A DNA stretch of 64,000 nucleotides from Chara braunii (GCA_003427395.1 BFEA01000015.1:2867505-2931504), one strand, 5' to 3'. Positions 1-13,497 are shown, counted from the first letter of the stretch. A program made the numbers and translations. The notes: generated by a model not told the origin, from the sequence alone.

Positions 1-204
1 GGACTGCAAGTCCGAAACGACGTCTGAAAGACAAAAATAGAACAGCAAATAAAAAAATAAATAAATGCTGCCTCTAATCAAAACCTGCGGTCTGGGGGCC
101 GCAGTGGGCCTCCATGGCGCGTGTCCGATGGGCACGCGACCTGGGGCCCCCTCAACAACCGTCGAGCCCCGGCAATAGGGCCCATGTGCAGGCTCGGCAT
201 GTAA

Positions 205-666
205 CAACAATCCTTTGCAGGTTCACCTACGGAAGCCTCGTTACGGCTTGTCCTTCCCTTGAATGATAAGGGTCGATGAACTTCTCACAGCACCACCAAC
301 TACAAACTGTCGAGGTCACCACAATCCTGATACGTCACCAAACCAAGCAATGTTCGATTAGCAGGAAACCACAAAGAAGTACGGCCGCTCGCCCTAGCCA
401 GCGACCGCCGAGCTGTTTGGGATCCTCAGAGACTTTACGCAACGCATCTCACTTGTTTCATTAATGAGACGGAAAGAAAGAAAGAAAGAAAGAAAGCGGC
501 AAGCCACTCACTTTGCATCTACTTTCAATTCTAATTTGTTGGATTGATCGATGCTGAGGCTTTCTTTTATGTATGTATTGTATGGTCGGTCTTGTGAAGT
601 TCAAACTCTTACAGTGGGTAGAACGCAAAGTAAAATAATTCAATCAGTAGGAGCGGCGGGCGGTGG
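205..666 (-). pseudogene. Degenerate 18S rRNA 3'-end fragment (205-345 and 639-666) split by a ~290-bp insertion
   Basis: The + strand reads tcctttgcaggttcacctacggaagcctcgttacg...tgataagg...acttctc...tcaccaaacca, then ttcaatcagtaggagcggcgggcggtg. This is the reverse complement of the conserved 18S 3' end with many transitions. The GC-rich 90-200 region lies where ITS1 would be. Confidence 0.85.
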
Positions 667-1118
667 AGCAGCACCGGGTTGGCGTCGTAGGAGAGCCACA
701 AAAGTTGGAGCAGCCCCGTCTTGGGGATCGCCGAGGGGAAAGGCGCCAACTTGGATGACGATAGTATCTGGTCGCGTCGACGGACCAGGTGCAGTTGTAA
801 AAACAGACTTGGAGATAGCTATCCATGATGGTAGGACAGCGAGAGGGGGAGGGAGGGAGGGAGAAAAGGTCGAGACTCCGCTCCGATACCAACGTGACAC
901 ATGTGCGGAGATGGTGAGAGAGAGAAAGAGCGAGGAGATGGACACACACGAGAAGCGGCAGTTGAGTGAAGGTGAATGAATGACCAACCCGACATGGGCC
1001 TAGGCTGGAGAGATATACCGGCCTCGGTCCAGGCCGGAGTAACCCGGTACAAGACTGGGGTCAGGTCGACGGCCTGAAACAGGTTCGGCCTCACTGCCGG
1101 GCTGAAAGGATACCGCAA

Positions 1119-1181
<63 letters not shown>

Positions 1182-1252
1182 NNNNNNNNNNNNNNNNNNN
1201 NNNNNNNNNNNNNNNNGATTGATCGCTTTATTGATTGTTTTAATTTTCAATT

Positions 1253-2079
1253 CGTTATTTTTTTTTAAACAGATCTGCCGCCCCACGGAAACTCTTCACC
1301 TGACAGTGTTTTTCGCTTGGATCAGATAGGCCACGAGGGTCTGCACCTTAGATGAAGAAGCAGGGGCAATGCCCACGCTCTACCTCACGAAATAAGTAAG
1401 AGAACGTTAAAAGCATGGCTACGATCCGGACATCCGGACCGCCGTTCAGACGGTCTGGATTCAGTCCGGACTCCAAACGTCCGGTCTGGAAGGTCCGGAT
1501 CTGCCAAATTAAAAAAAAAAACAAAAAAAAAAAACGGTCCAGGACCCTTCCCAAGCTCGCAAAATTGTTTTGGGGGGTTTTCAGGCCCGTTTATGCATTT
1601 TTTGGGGGTCCGGACATGCTCTATTTATATAATAATTTATTAGACAACCCCAAGTTTTTAATTATTAATAATTAATTACCTTTATTGGTTTTTAAAGTTT
1701 TTTTTAAAGATTTTTATACTTTTTGACTTTTAACTCAAGTTTGGTTAGGAATTCTGACATGACTCTGAGGCAAAAGTGGTTTGCATTGTTATTCTGCATA
1801 ACATACTTTTTTTTTCAGATTTTTTCATTTTTATATTTTTTTTAATGGTCCTAACATTTCCGGACCTGTCCAGACATCCGGACCGTCCGGATCCCCCCAT
1901 GTCCGGAGGCTCGAAAATGTCTGGAAATCCGGACGTTTGGAAACTACCGGACATGGGTCGTGTTCCATGTCCGGAAATGTCCGGGTTCAGGTCCGGCGTA
2001 GCCATGGTTAAAAGTCGTGGTATTTTACTTCATCGTAAACCTCCCACTTATTGTACAGTCTCACATCATTTCAAAGAGC
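1253..2079 (-). pseudogene. Degenerate 25S/28S rRNA fragment (domain V, includes P-loop region), interrupted by a hAT MITE
   Basis: With 1414-2014 removed, the minus strand reads gaaatga...ataagtgggag...aaataccacgacttttaacgtt...acttat...ggcattgcccct...acactgtcaggtgaagagtttccgtggggcggcagatctgtt. This is colinear with the conserved LSU rRNA sequence. Confidence 0.85.
1414..2006. mobile_element. hAT-type MITE
   Basis: TIR CATGGCTACG...CGTAGCCATG; perfect 8-bp TSD gttaaaag (1406-1413 and 2007-2014); many subterminal TCCGGA motifs; AT-rich core. Confidence 0.9.
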
Positions 2080-2098
2080 AAGGGGGGGGTGGGGAGCA

Positions 2099-2168
<70 letters not shown>

Positions 2169-2242
2169 GACACACACAATCAATCAAGCAATCAAGCAAT
2201 CAATGAATGTGATTGATTGATTGATTGATCGATTGCTTTATT

Positions 2243-2340
2243 TTATTTTTTAACAGATTTGTCGCCCCAACCAAACTCCCCACCTGACAGTGTCTTTCAC
2301 TTGGGTCAGATAGGCCACAAATGTCTCCACCTTGGATTTA
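2243..2340 (-). pseudogene. Second short 28S rRNA-derived fragment
   Basis: Minus strand aagacactgtcaggtggggagtttggttggggcgacaaatctgttaaaa is homologous to 1253-1350 and to LSU rRNA. Confidence 0.8.
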
Positions 2341-4410
2341 GATGCAGTGTTTTGGTTTTCCATTGGTGGAATATAAGTGGCGAGAGTACGCTCTTATGGA
2401 CATTCGGATTCGGTGTTTTGGTTCTCCGCTGGTGGCCGGTCAATACTACCCCCCTCTCGATATAATATGAAACAGAAAAATAGGAAATAAATTTGAAAAA
2501 TGAGAAAGAGAAATTACCATTCCAACAACATGTCTTATACAGCATCCCGTCGGGCACAACAAACGACTGCACTAAGAAGATCTTTACCGTGGAGAACACA
2601 TAAAACAACCATAAAGCTATATCAAGCTCCGGATGTGATGGCGGTTAGATTCATCCAGTTTGGGTGTAATTGTGGCCAGTTACATTTAGGGATTTGATGG
2701 ATCGAGTATGCCCTTACTGTGATAGTCGAGCAGAGAAAAAGGACTATCGATAAAACTTTGGGGGCTTATTTCTTTCTTTTTCATTTTCCATCGACATCCC
2801 ACAGAGGGCGTACATGCCATTACTCCCCTGCGAGTGGAACTCTGCCTCGGGGGAACTTCCTCGACCAACCCAAAAATAATTAAAACATAATATTTTTATT
2901 TTTATTTTTATTTTAAATTTGGTAAAGAATTACGACGTGACCCTAAGGCAAAAGTTGCTCATTTTATTTTTCTGCATCACGCAGTTTTTATTTTTCGAAA
3001 GTTTTGGATGTACCAACAACGTCTTAATACACGGCCCCCACTTCTCAGCCACATCGTCACAAGTGTCACTTTAAGGAAGATAAATGAAAAGATAGATAGA
3101 TAGGAAGATAGAGTACATGATGTCACCAGTTTCGCACATGCATGAACTCCCCATTGAAAACGTTGATGTGCAAGTTCTTCCCGCACGGTGCCGAATACAA
3201 TCAGTTACTGATATGAACCCTCGTACATGCATGGAAGGACGACAAGACATAGTGTGGATATGCGATACAACCCACCATGCAACTTAAGCGATATGAGTGA
3301 AAGGTTGACACAACAGTCAGTGGGGGTGAAATAACACAATAAGACCACACTTGTGTGCGAGATTCGTCCGCAGTATTGAACATAAATGCACACACACAAC
3401 CACTTGTGGACATGCGTCACAACAACATGTGCAACTCATCCGACACAAACAAAAGGTTAAGAAAACAATTAGTCGGGGTCAAATAACATAACAAAAACAT
3501 ACAATTGTACAAGACCGGCCTACAATATTGAGCCGACACGCACACACACATACACGATAATTAATTATGTGTCAAAATACGGGTTAACAACCATATTCAA
3601 AACTTGTTGGAAAAAAGTTAGAAGTCTGTATGAATCCATGTTGGACTCGTTGAGAAGAAGTTGAACACAGCCGAAGACCCACTTTCAACAGTTGGTCACA
3701 ACGCTTGGGGGCTGAAAATTTTGGAAATGAAAATGAAAATTTGTTGAAATCCGACGATAATTTTTTTGTTGTATAGTTGCGACGAGAGGAATAGAAGATG
3801 GGGAAGAGTGGGGTGGAGATAGGAGGAGGTGAAAAACAAGTTTGGGTTAATCACCCGAGGAAAACCATATCGATCTTCGTGAGTTCCTTTGCAGCCAATC
3901 AGATCACAGCGTGTGAGGAATAGCCTCGTTACACGATGTCGCATGACGACTCAAATATCCTGGGGGGGGATCAATAGGGAGTTCCTGTATGAGGATGAAG
4001 GCGAGAAGGAGAAGCGTGCGAAGAGTGGCGCGGAGTGAGACCAAGATTCGGACGAGAAAGAGTGGGGGAGAAGCATGAAGGGAGGGAAGGCGTGAAGAAA
4101 CAAAGGGTGAAGATGACATGGGTCGTAGTGGGAAGCGGGGAAATCTTGCATGCATGCATGGCGCTGGAAAAAGGAAAAGGCACCGAAACAACTATGTCCC
4201 ATCTATTCTGGTTATAAAACTAATTCAAGATTGAAAAATTCAAAAGCAATATCAACACGTGGAATTTAGCGCACAAGAATCATACGCCTATCTCGCTTCA
4301 CACTGAAAACTCACGGATCTTTTAAGCACGATTGCGGTAACATCCACTTACAAGAAAGGACATGTCAGCGGGGGAAGCCACCGCCATTTCCACAGTTCCA
4401 AACTGGCGAC

Positions 4411-5316
4411 CTGTGTGTCCGAAATTTGATTCAACGCGGGTTCCGCATTGAAAAATTCAATGTCGTTAAAACAGAGTTGAATCCTTATTGAAAAGCCTAT
4501 TAGACGGGTTACAATGGGGTCCGCGAATATTTTTTTCATGGGCTAAAGACAATCCAGAAGCAAAATAAAAAATATGAGGCTGTACATATTTTTGACATCC
4601 ACAACCCTATATTTTTATTGTGATTTTTTTAGCTTTGACTTTATTTAAAAAAAACTAAAAACATAAATACAATGAAAAAAAGAAAACAACAAAAAATGAA
4701 ATGAGTGTTTTTCTTTTGTTTTGGTTCCACAAAGATTTTTTTAGGGCTAAATAAAAAGCATAAAAAAAACAAATTAAAAACATAGGGTTGTAGATCTTTG
4801 CAAGATGTACAATAACACTTTTTTTTTTTTTGAACTTTCATGTATTTAAAAAAAAATCAAAAATATAAAAACAATTTTAAAAAAGGAGAAAAATACACAC
4901 GCATACACACACACAAACACACAAACACACATAAACTCACACACACACCAACAGTCATGTACATACACACACACTTACAAACACATACATACTTCCAGGT
5001 AGGTTTGGGGACGACAGGATGGGGTGGGTGGCAGGATGGGGCGCGCGAGGGAATGGGGATTTGGGGCTCGTAGTGGTTTAAAGGGCTTCCGAGCAAGTTT
5101 GGGGACTCGTATGGGGGGGTCTTTTTTTTTCCTTCTGCTTTTAGTGTTTGGGCGCATAGGGGCACGTGCTCGAGGCCCAATGCCCCCAAGCCGTTTTTCC
5201 AAATTCACTGAGAGACCTTCGTTTTCCCGTTAAACGGGATTCAACGGGGCTCCGGGGGCTATTCAACGGGTACAACGGCGTTTAATGCCGCCCGTTGCCG
5301 TTGTTAGGACACACAG
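4411..5316. mobile_element. Degenerate hAT-like MITE
   Basis: TIR ctgtgtgtcc...ggacacacag; imperfect 8-bp flanks ctggcgac/ctgccgaa; recurrent (t)tcaac(g) subterminal motifs; AT-rich interior. Confidence 0.55.
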
Positions 5317-5400
5317 CTGCCGAACAAAATTCCTAGCACACTTGCTAAGGCACGTGTAATTCCTACGTAAATACATGCATTGCCGAAAGAAATTGCAAAG

Positions 5401-6880
5401 ATTTTTTATTTTTTTTTAAGCCCTTGTGTCAGCCCTCTATCCCAACGGTGGTAAGAGAACCGCCAAGATTGAGGGCTTGACTGTTGGGCTTCTCCATCTA
5501 TTGGTGGGGAGCGGCACCTGCTGGAAACCGGGTCTAGCGTCCCTTTGATACATCTTGTAGCTCAGCAGTTGTTGGTCATTGTTTCCCAGGGCTGTGGTTG
5601 TTTGTCTTACTGGTCCGGGTCTCCATCGTCCCTTGGAGTTGCTAGTAACACCCATCCCATATTGGAGCACCCCTTGTCTGTCAACCCAACCTTGTGCGGC
5701 AGCCCCTCTTTTGATCTTTTCCTTGTCAAACTATTTAACCCCTTCCAACCCTCTACCCACACCTTTTCCTTACATAATATGTGAAACATACTGTTTATCC
5801 TAGGACCGCCAGGAGATGATTAGCGGTGCAATGCAATGAAATGCGATAGAACTCGAATCGTTGAGAGAGAATTATGACTATTAGTCTAATTTTTGGAACC
5901 CTTTAAACCCTAGTAGTGTTCTGTTTTTTCTCTTCCCCTCAGCAAGCATCCCTATCTTATGACTGTGTTGGGGCTTGGTGCTATATCCTATGTTTTACCC
6001 CCAGTTCATGCGGGCCAGCAGACATCTCACTCCGCATACGGTAAGTAGCAAAGCATGTGTTCTCCTGATCATATTGTCAGACCCTCCTTATAACCATCCT
6101 TGCCATTTTGTTGTTGTTGGTGTCTGTTGGGCTTCAAGCAAGCGAGTTGTCCTCCACATAAGCATTCTGTCTGTTGGGGTTATCCTCTGTAGAAGCATTC
6201 TGTGCTTTGGGACCCCATGTCCTGTCTCCACCCCCATTTACAGCCCGGGCAGGTCCTTGGAGCGAGGCGAGTCAGTGCAGCCAATCTGTGGGAAAGGGGC
6301 ACGGCGGGGCCTATCCCCCATCCCTCACGGGTGCCTACGCCGGTAAGGGGGGGGCGGGTGAGGGAGGGGNNNNNNNNNNNNNNNNNNNNNNNNNNNNNNN
6401 NNNNNNNNNNNNNNNNNNNNNNNNNNNNNNNNNNNNNNNNNNNNNNNNNNNNNNNNNNNNNNNNNNNNNNNNNNNNNNNNNNNNNNNNNNNNNNNNNNNN
6501 NNNNNNNNNNNNNNNNNNNNNNNNNNNNNNNNNNNNNNNNNNNNNNNNNNNNNNNNNNNNNNNNNNNNNNNNNNNNNNNNNNNNNNNNNNNNNNNNNNNN
6601 NNNNNNNNNNNNNNNNNNNNNNNNNNNNNGTGAGGGGGACGGGGGCAGGCGGGGGGGGGTTGAGGGGAGGGGAGAAGAAGGCATTCGTGAGGGTCTGGTT
6701 GGTCTGTGATTCCATGCACTGAGATGATAGCAAAAAAAGGGGTACACCAGAAGCCCAAGAGAGATCCGAAAAGCAAAAACTCAAGGCTTCAGAAGATTGT
6801 TTAGAGACGGAAGCTGGTACGACGTACTCTGATACTCGTACCTCCGTCGTCAAGTAGACCCTCTCAAGTTTTTGCTTATG
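5401..6880 (-). mobile_element. Possible decayed 3' end of an L1/Tx1-type LINE
   Basis: Poly-T at 5401-5417 (poly-A on the minus strand); the minus-strand peptide QCMESQTNQTLTNAFF loosely resembles the C-terminal zinc-knuckle region of LINE ORF2. Confidence 0.3.
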
Positions 6881-8085
6881 CACAACCCTAACGCTGCGGT
6901 ATAGTGAGCTTCAGCGTCTGTGTCAAGGTGTCGCATTTTCGGCAGTGGGCAACCAGGACGCAAGTTGGTTCTTAGGGGCTGGAAATTTTTGGGGGACCGG
7001 TTCTTCAAGATATTGCGGACTACCTACAACTAGCTCTTGTAGAACCGGGACTTTTGGAAAAAGGAATAACCGGTCCTCTGGTGGAAGCGGACTCCAAAAA
7101 GAAGTGAGGGCATGTGAACTGCAAAAGGGCCCTAAGGCCCAGGCGTTGAGGCCCGTCTTCTCAAAACACGGAGGTCAGGCGCAACGAAACACACGTTTGG
7201 CAAGAGGCAACTTCGACGATTTTTTGTGCTCGGAGGAATCCGCAAAAAAATCTGAAATTTTGAAAACCTATAGATGAGGTCGTGTTCTTTCCAGGAAAAA
7301 TAGCAGAACATTTTTAAAAATTGAAAAAATCATTTAGACCGCAAAATAATTGTCGTGCCTGTTCGATACATTTTTCATTTTTGCCACTCAGGCGTGTGTG
7401 CGCCAATTAAAAAAGTGCTCCAAATTCAGTGTGTTTTCGCGCTCAGAAGAGCGTGCGGGGAGCGAACCGGTCGGTGGGCCCGACGGTCTTGTCACTCAAC
7501 GTCTCGGTGACCGCGAGGGGGATTGACGACGTTGAGGCCATCGATGCGGAAGAGTTTAGGTCAAACTTCGTGTTAGGAGGAGGTTTGGCAACGGCGGAAT
7601 GGACAGCGATAAGGACAGGACGCGTAATTCATGTAGTCAGCGTGCAGATGGCATCCTTGCGAATGACGCTCTATCAGATGAAAGGTACAGTAGGGGGATG
7701 GAAATGACTTTGGCAGCAAATCTACAACACGCGGCGGCAAATTGGATCTACAAGGTGAAGGAGGGAAAGCATCGGCTGAGGGAGAGGGTGACTCTTGTGT
7801 CCTCAACAGTTCGTGATTGGTCTGAAGTTATAGGGGGGGGGGACTTCAAGGACCGCATGGCTGGAGGATAAGCGGCAGAGGATGATGGATGTCCTTTGGG
7901 AGCTTGAAGAAGGGTCTGATCCACAACTGGATGATCTCCTTGACTGGCAGCTCACAGACTCCTTGATGGGCTATTGCTATGCGATTTACGAGGAAGGGAG
8001 CGATCTGTGTGATAAGGGGGCAATATGCACATCTGGGGTGGTGTTTGTGAGCGCAACCACAAGTCGTCCACAACAACTTTCATAA

Positions 8086-8620
8086 GTGAACGTGAAGACA
8101 ACTCCAACAACATCAACAATTGGCGCGACAATGACATCCTATTATACATCAACAATCCACACAACAAATCCAACAATTGAGACAAGTTTTGCAGATATGT
8201 TAACAGCGATAATGTTATCTTCGACAGAATCAACAACAATGAGCGTCTACACGACAACAACAACGCTACTCACGACAACATCTAAAACAGGCTCGTCAAC
8301 TATATCTACATCAACAACGCCGACCATGATGGCATCATCAACACCGACAATTCTTCAAACAACAACAACTGTGATTCTGACGATGACATCTGATACACTT
8401 TCTACATCAACAGCGCCAACCACGATGACATCATCTACACTAACAATCTTTCCAACGACAACAACAGCGATCCTGACGATGACATCCGAGACGTCTGATA
8501 CACTATCTACATCATCAGCGTCAACCACGATATTATCTACACACACTATTTTTCCAACGACAACAACAGCGATCCTAACGATGGCATCTGAATTACAATC
8601 TTCAACCACGATTGGCTTGC
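8086..8620 (+). repeat. Degenerate ~80-90-bp tandem repeat, ACA-rich (gives a Thr/Ser-rich ORF)
   Basis: Three or more units of the type acaacaacagcgatcctgacgatgacatc...ctatctacatca. The ORF starts at GTG and has no recognisable domain. Confidence 0.6.
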
Positions 8621-9614
8621 TTACTTCGTTCTATACAATCGGCGTCCAACCAAGATCTGTCGATGGGCCAGCTACTATGGTGATGGCTATTCGGTTTCTT
8701 CCCGCCCTCTCGCATGAAAATTTTGTCGTGCATGAGATGATGTTGATATGGCGATGCGGTGAGGGGTGGAAGGATGACGAATTTTTTCTGTGCGATTCGG
8801 GAGAAAGATGAAAGGCTGCGGAGAGGGGGGTTGGGAGGCAGGGATGACTTCTGGGTTTGTTCTCTTTCCCTCCCTCTCCCCCTCTTTTTCATTTGTGTGG
8901 TTCTCGCCAATTTGGTGAATTCTTCCTCTCTCATGGCACTTGATCTCAGTCCATCTCCATCTAATGGGGACGTATTCAATCCTTCGTCATCATTGGCTAG
9001 GGTTTGACTTGGTTTGATGGTCTTTACGTTTAGATTATAATTTTTTTCCAACTACAGTGCTCGCCTTGGGTTTGTGTGTGTGTTAACTACTGCTGTTTAG
9101 GGGAAGCTTGTCGTAATTACAAATGAACTACTATACCTTCTCGCACTGTTATCAATCCTTTTGCCTTTTTCATATCTCCCCTACTCCTCACCGCGTAGAA
9201 GATAGAAGTAGGGATAATTGAGGAGTTTCGTAGGGCAGAGATTGATACTGCACACAAACGGGGTTAATCCTTCCTCACTGGGGAAGCAATCAATGCCTCG
9301 TCACAATGCTGTATTCATGTTAGGCAGGGAAGCTGTCTCCAAGGGAGCAGTGGCTGAGGCTCTTCCAGCCCTAATGGGAAGAGGCGTGCGTATAAGTGTT
9401 GTAATCAATTTCATAATTGGAGCCTTGGGCACTGGGTCCTATCTTTTCAAAAAAAAAAAAAAAAAAAAGCGTGAAAAAACCTGAAAATTGAAGTACTCGT
9501 AGATTTTGTTGTGATCTTTCCAAGAAAAATGTTAAAAAAAAATTAAAAATAAAAATCATTCTAACTGTGAAATAGATCGCGGCCGCAATTTGACCCATAT
9601 TTCAATTTTGCCAT

Positions 9615-9698
<84 letters not shown>

Positions 9699-9748
9699 NN
9701 NNNNNNNNNNNNNNNNNNNNNNNNNNNNNNNNNNNNNNNNNNNNNNNN

Positions 9749-9782
<34 letters not shown>

Positions 9783-9796
9783 TGTCTCTCTCTGTC

Positions 9797-9841
<45 letters not shown>

Positions 9842-10649
9842 CGCACTCTTAGTCTCATTGCTTTGGCTACCTTAGGGCTGCGTTCCCCATGCCCACGCAG
9901 TAGACAATATATTACCTCGAGGTGCTATAGTCTCTATCATTGGTAGGTACACGGCCACCATCTGCCCCCGTACCTCGGTGATCAACTAGACCCTCTCCAG
10001 TCGCTGTATTCTTTCTGTCATTACCCAGAATGGCTCCAATCTCGGTCATCGGAAGGTACACAGCCACTTTCTGCCTCCATACCTCTGTCATCAACTGGGC
10101 CCACTCTGGACTATTTGTCATAGGAAATCATGCAATTCCTCCGCCACAATCACCCCCTTCAACCATCCTACCCCCGCAAATACCTTTGTCATCAACTGGG
10201 CCCACTCTGGACTACTTGATACGAAAGCATGCTATGTAACACTACAATTGCCTCCTTCAACCATCCCACCTGCAGCCCCAGCGCCCCCAAACTGAGGCCC
10301 TAATATAACCGGCTATTCAATCATCCACTCCACTAGGCCTACCCAGCCGTCAGTCCCCTTGCTCTCAGTCCAGCCTGAGATCAACGTCACCTGACCCCAC
10401 CCCCTAAATGCCAGACTACTCCGTGCTTGGCGACCGATCCCACTACTGAAACCCGTGGCCCATCCCTCCCTGCACCCCAGCTGTATCTGTACTGTGTGAC
10501 GTCCCGCTCAGGGTAGAGCCACAGACCACTCCTTGGCACAGCTACCTGCTTCAACCCACTGAGGTGCTACATGTGCTGATCCATCTATTTGCTGTAGTAG
10601 GCTGTGGGACAAGTACTGGGCTGCCAACCTAGCACCAACTGAAAGTGCG

Positions 10650-10727
10650 CAGTGGACGTTGAGCGCTACAGAATCGAACCTGCAACTTGGCCTTCCAATG
10701 CCAGAGCTCTAAGCCACCACTGAGCAG
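10650..10727 (-). mobile_element. tRNA-derived SINE-like head
   Basis: Minus strand ctgctcagtggtggcttagagctctggcattggaaggccaagttgcaggttcgattctgtagcg has A-box-like and B-box (GGTTCGATTC) motifs at tRNA spacing, with no intact cloverleaf. Confidence 0.45.
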
Positions 10728-11576
10728 AATGGGATTGCGTGTGCAAAGCAAAGCTGCACTGGCCTAATCTGGCTGTTGATGAAGAGATCATGTGCTCAAA
10801 CCAGTGACATTGGTGGCCATTCTTTCTTTCTTTCTTTCTTTCTTTCTTTTTTTTTTTTTTTTTTTTTTGGGAAAACTTTATCTGGCACCCCTGTAATTTC
10901 CATTATTTTGCGTCGCGCCTCTCCGACGGCCCACTTACCCTGTCGTGCCCCTGGGGCCTCTGAACTTTCCTGCATGCCCCTGTCAGCAACGGGGGCAACT
11001 TTCCGCGGTGGCCTTACTGGACGGCCAGTCTCATTTCACCGGTCCCTGTGCGATATGCCCTCATGAGTGGCATACATCTTTCCATCATGCCCTCGTGCGA
11101 GAAATTTGGATTTGAAGCATGTGGTTTTTGTGGCGCTGCCGCAAAAAATGAAGTGTGTGTGAGACACACACACACACACACACACACACACANNNNNNNN
11201 NNNNNNNNNNNNNNNNNNNNNNNNNNNNNNNNNNNNNNNNNNNNNNNNNNNNNNNNNNNNNNNNNNNNNNNNNNNNNNNNNNNNNNNNNNNNNNNNNNNN
11301 NNNNNNNNNNNNNNNNNNNNNNNNNNNNNNNNNNNNNNNNNNNNNNNNNNNNNNNNNNNNNNNNNNNNNNNNNNNNNNNNNNNNNNNNNNNNNNNNNNNN
11401 NNNNNNNNNNNNNNNNNNNNNNNNNNNNNNNNNNNNNNNNNNNNNNNNNNNNNNNNNNNNNNNNNNNNNNNNNNNNNNNNNNNNNNNNNNNNNNNNNNNN
11501 NNNNNNNNNNNNNNNNNNNNNNNNNNNNNNNNNNNNNNNNNNNNNNNNNNNNNNNNNNNNNNNNNNNNNNNNNNNN

Positions 11577-11653
<77 letters not shown>

Positions 11654-12060
11654 AATGAAGTGGCCACCATGCACGTAGCCACAGAGGTGCGCTGAAAACC
11701 TGCACCCTACTGATAGGGGCATATGGAAAATTTTGGCGCTGGTACTCATTGGCTATCCGGTAGGGGCATAATGAAAATTTTGAATGGGTACCGGTAGGGG
11801 CATAACAAAAATATTTGAGGCCCAGCCGACGCCGCGGTTTCATGGGAAATTTGAATCGTGGTCAGAGGGGCACAACAGGGTAAGTGGCATTTCGGAGAGG
11901 CACCATTACAGGGGCGGCAGACAAATTTTCCCTTTTTCTTTTGGTGGCGATTCTTTCTCGCTCCGATTTGGGAAACTTCTTAGGGGTGGCTTCTCGCACG
12001 CATGGACGAGGAGATATGCTCTACCTCCTGTATTGCTCCGGTCAGTACGAATGCCTATCT

Positions 12061-12223
12061 GTCCTTCGGGACATCCGTTAGCAGCGTGTCCAGCTCAACT
12101 GGCGGACTATTCTTTCGTCTTTGACTAACGAATACCGTGGGAAAAAATAAAATTGGAACGATACAGGAAAGAAGATTAGCATGGCCCCTCTGCGCAAGGA
12201 TGACACGCATAACACAAAAGAAT
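12061..12223 (+). pseudogene. U6 snRNA pseudogene with a ~70-bp internal insertion, flanked by a direct repeat
   Basis: gtccttcgggacatccgtta...aaattggaacgatacaggaaagaagattagcatggcccctctgcgcaaggatgacacgcataa matches U6. The ACAGAGA box is altered. cgaatgcctatctg occurs at 12048-12061 and at 12224-12237. Confidence 0.85.
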
Positions 12224-12639
12224 CGAATGCCTATCTGCTTAGCGGCTGAATCGTGGGCCTCCGACGTCAGAGGTCATCAGAGGGCATATGCTCACATTTT
12301 CGACTCAGCCCTGGACGTCGTTGCTGTCCGATGCATCCACGTCGGACAGGGATTGTGGTCACATTCGGATACGTTTGGGAAAGTGCTCATATCTTCTCGT
12401 CCCCCGAACACAACGCACCCTCCCTTTGACTGTCCGGGACCCAGCGAGGTAGCTTGTATACAATGTATAGAACCATTAATGCGTGCGTTGTGTTTGGAAG
12501 ACGACGGTAGTGTGAGCAAGAGCGGCGCTCACCGACCTGAAAGGCGACGAGCGGCGCTCACCGAGGCGTACCAGGTATATAGGGTGCGTGGGTGGACGTC
12601 GAAGCTGGCGCTGCTATGTCTGTGCCTGCCTGATTGGAC

Positions 12640-13426
12640 TGATTGGATCGTTGCTGCAGTAATGTTGAAGGTTGAAGTCGACTGTCAGGCAGGCCTCGTA
12701 ATTGACGGCAGGCCTATGAAGAGGGGTTGCAATGAAGTGGAGGGGGGGTAAGTAACCCATCTGCATGTCCTGTGCAGGTCTGCGGACCTACGCGTGACAG
12801 GTATAGGTAGAGGGTGGGTGGGTGGATCGCGAAGTTGGCCCTGCCGATGAGTTTTTTGCAGGGGCACTGCGCCCCTCTGCCTGCATGATTGGATTGTTGC
12901 TGCAGTACTGGGGAAGTGAAGTAAAAGGGGCGTAAGTAACCCATCTGCATGTCATATAGGGGTATTCGACTCTACGCGTGACAGGTATAGGTATATAGCC
13001 TAAGGGTGCGTGCAGTGCGTGGGTGGATCGCGAAATTGGCCCTGCCGACGTGTTTTTTGCGGGAAAGTCTCCGCTACTACTCTGCCCTGCCTGATTGAAT
13101 TGTTGCTGCAGTGCTACTGGTCAGTCTGGTGGAGTTTGACTGCCAAGCGTCGTCGTTGACCGCAAGACTATGAGCATGAATGAATGATTGGATGAGTTTG
13201 TAATAATAATATTATAATAATATTAAGCAATCTAAAACGGGCATAAACAAATCTCTGTACCGTCTAATAAGATCTCTGAGGGTGTATGAGGCGGATCGCG
13301 AAGTTGCGGCTGCAGAAGTTGATTGACGCTGCAGACGTGGTCTTTTTTTTTATTTTTAAAGGAAGGCTCTGCTGCTCTCTGTGTCATGGGATTGCGGCTG
13401 CAGAAGTTGATTGGCGCTGCAGACGT

Positions 13427-13497
<71 letters not shown>

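Noticed and set aside
5830-5860. 5.8S rRNA fragment (gaaatgcgata)
   Set aside because: The match is too short and does not extend.
8086-8811. Mucin-like Thr-rich protein gene
   Set aside because: GTG start, no signal peptide, and the open frame is explained by an ACA-rich tandem repeat.
11014-11843. Long ORFs across N gaps and (GA)n/(CA)n tracts (also 6174-6883, 19134-19629, 51864-52391)
   Set aside because: Artefacts of gaps and microsatellites.
12077-12149. Spliceosomal intron in U6 (GTTAG start, CTAAC branch-like motif)
   Set aside because: There is no AG acceptor before U6 resumes, and GTTA belongs to U6 itself, as shown by the copy at 54544.
12250-12285. Further hammerhead candidates (CTGATGA on the minus strand here; also 27497 and 46719)
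   Set aside because: No GAAA box follows the hairpin or stem.
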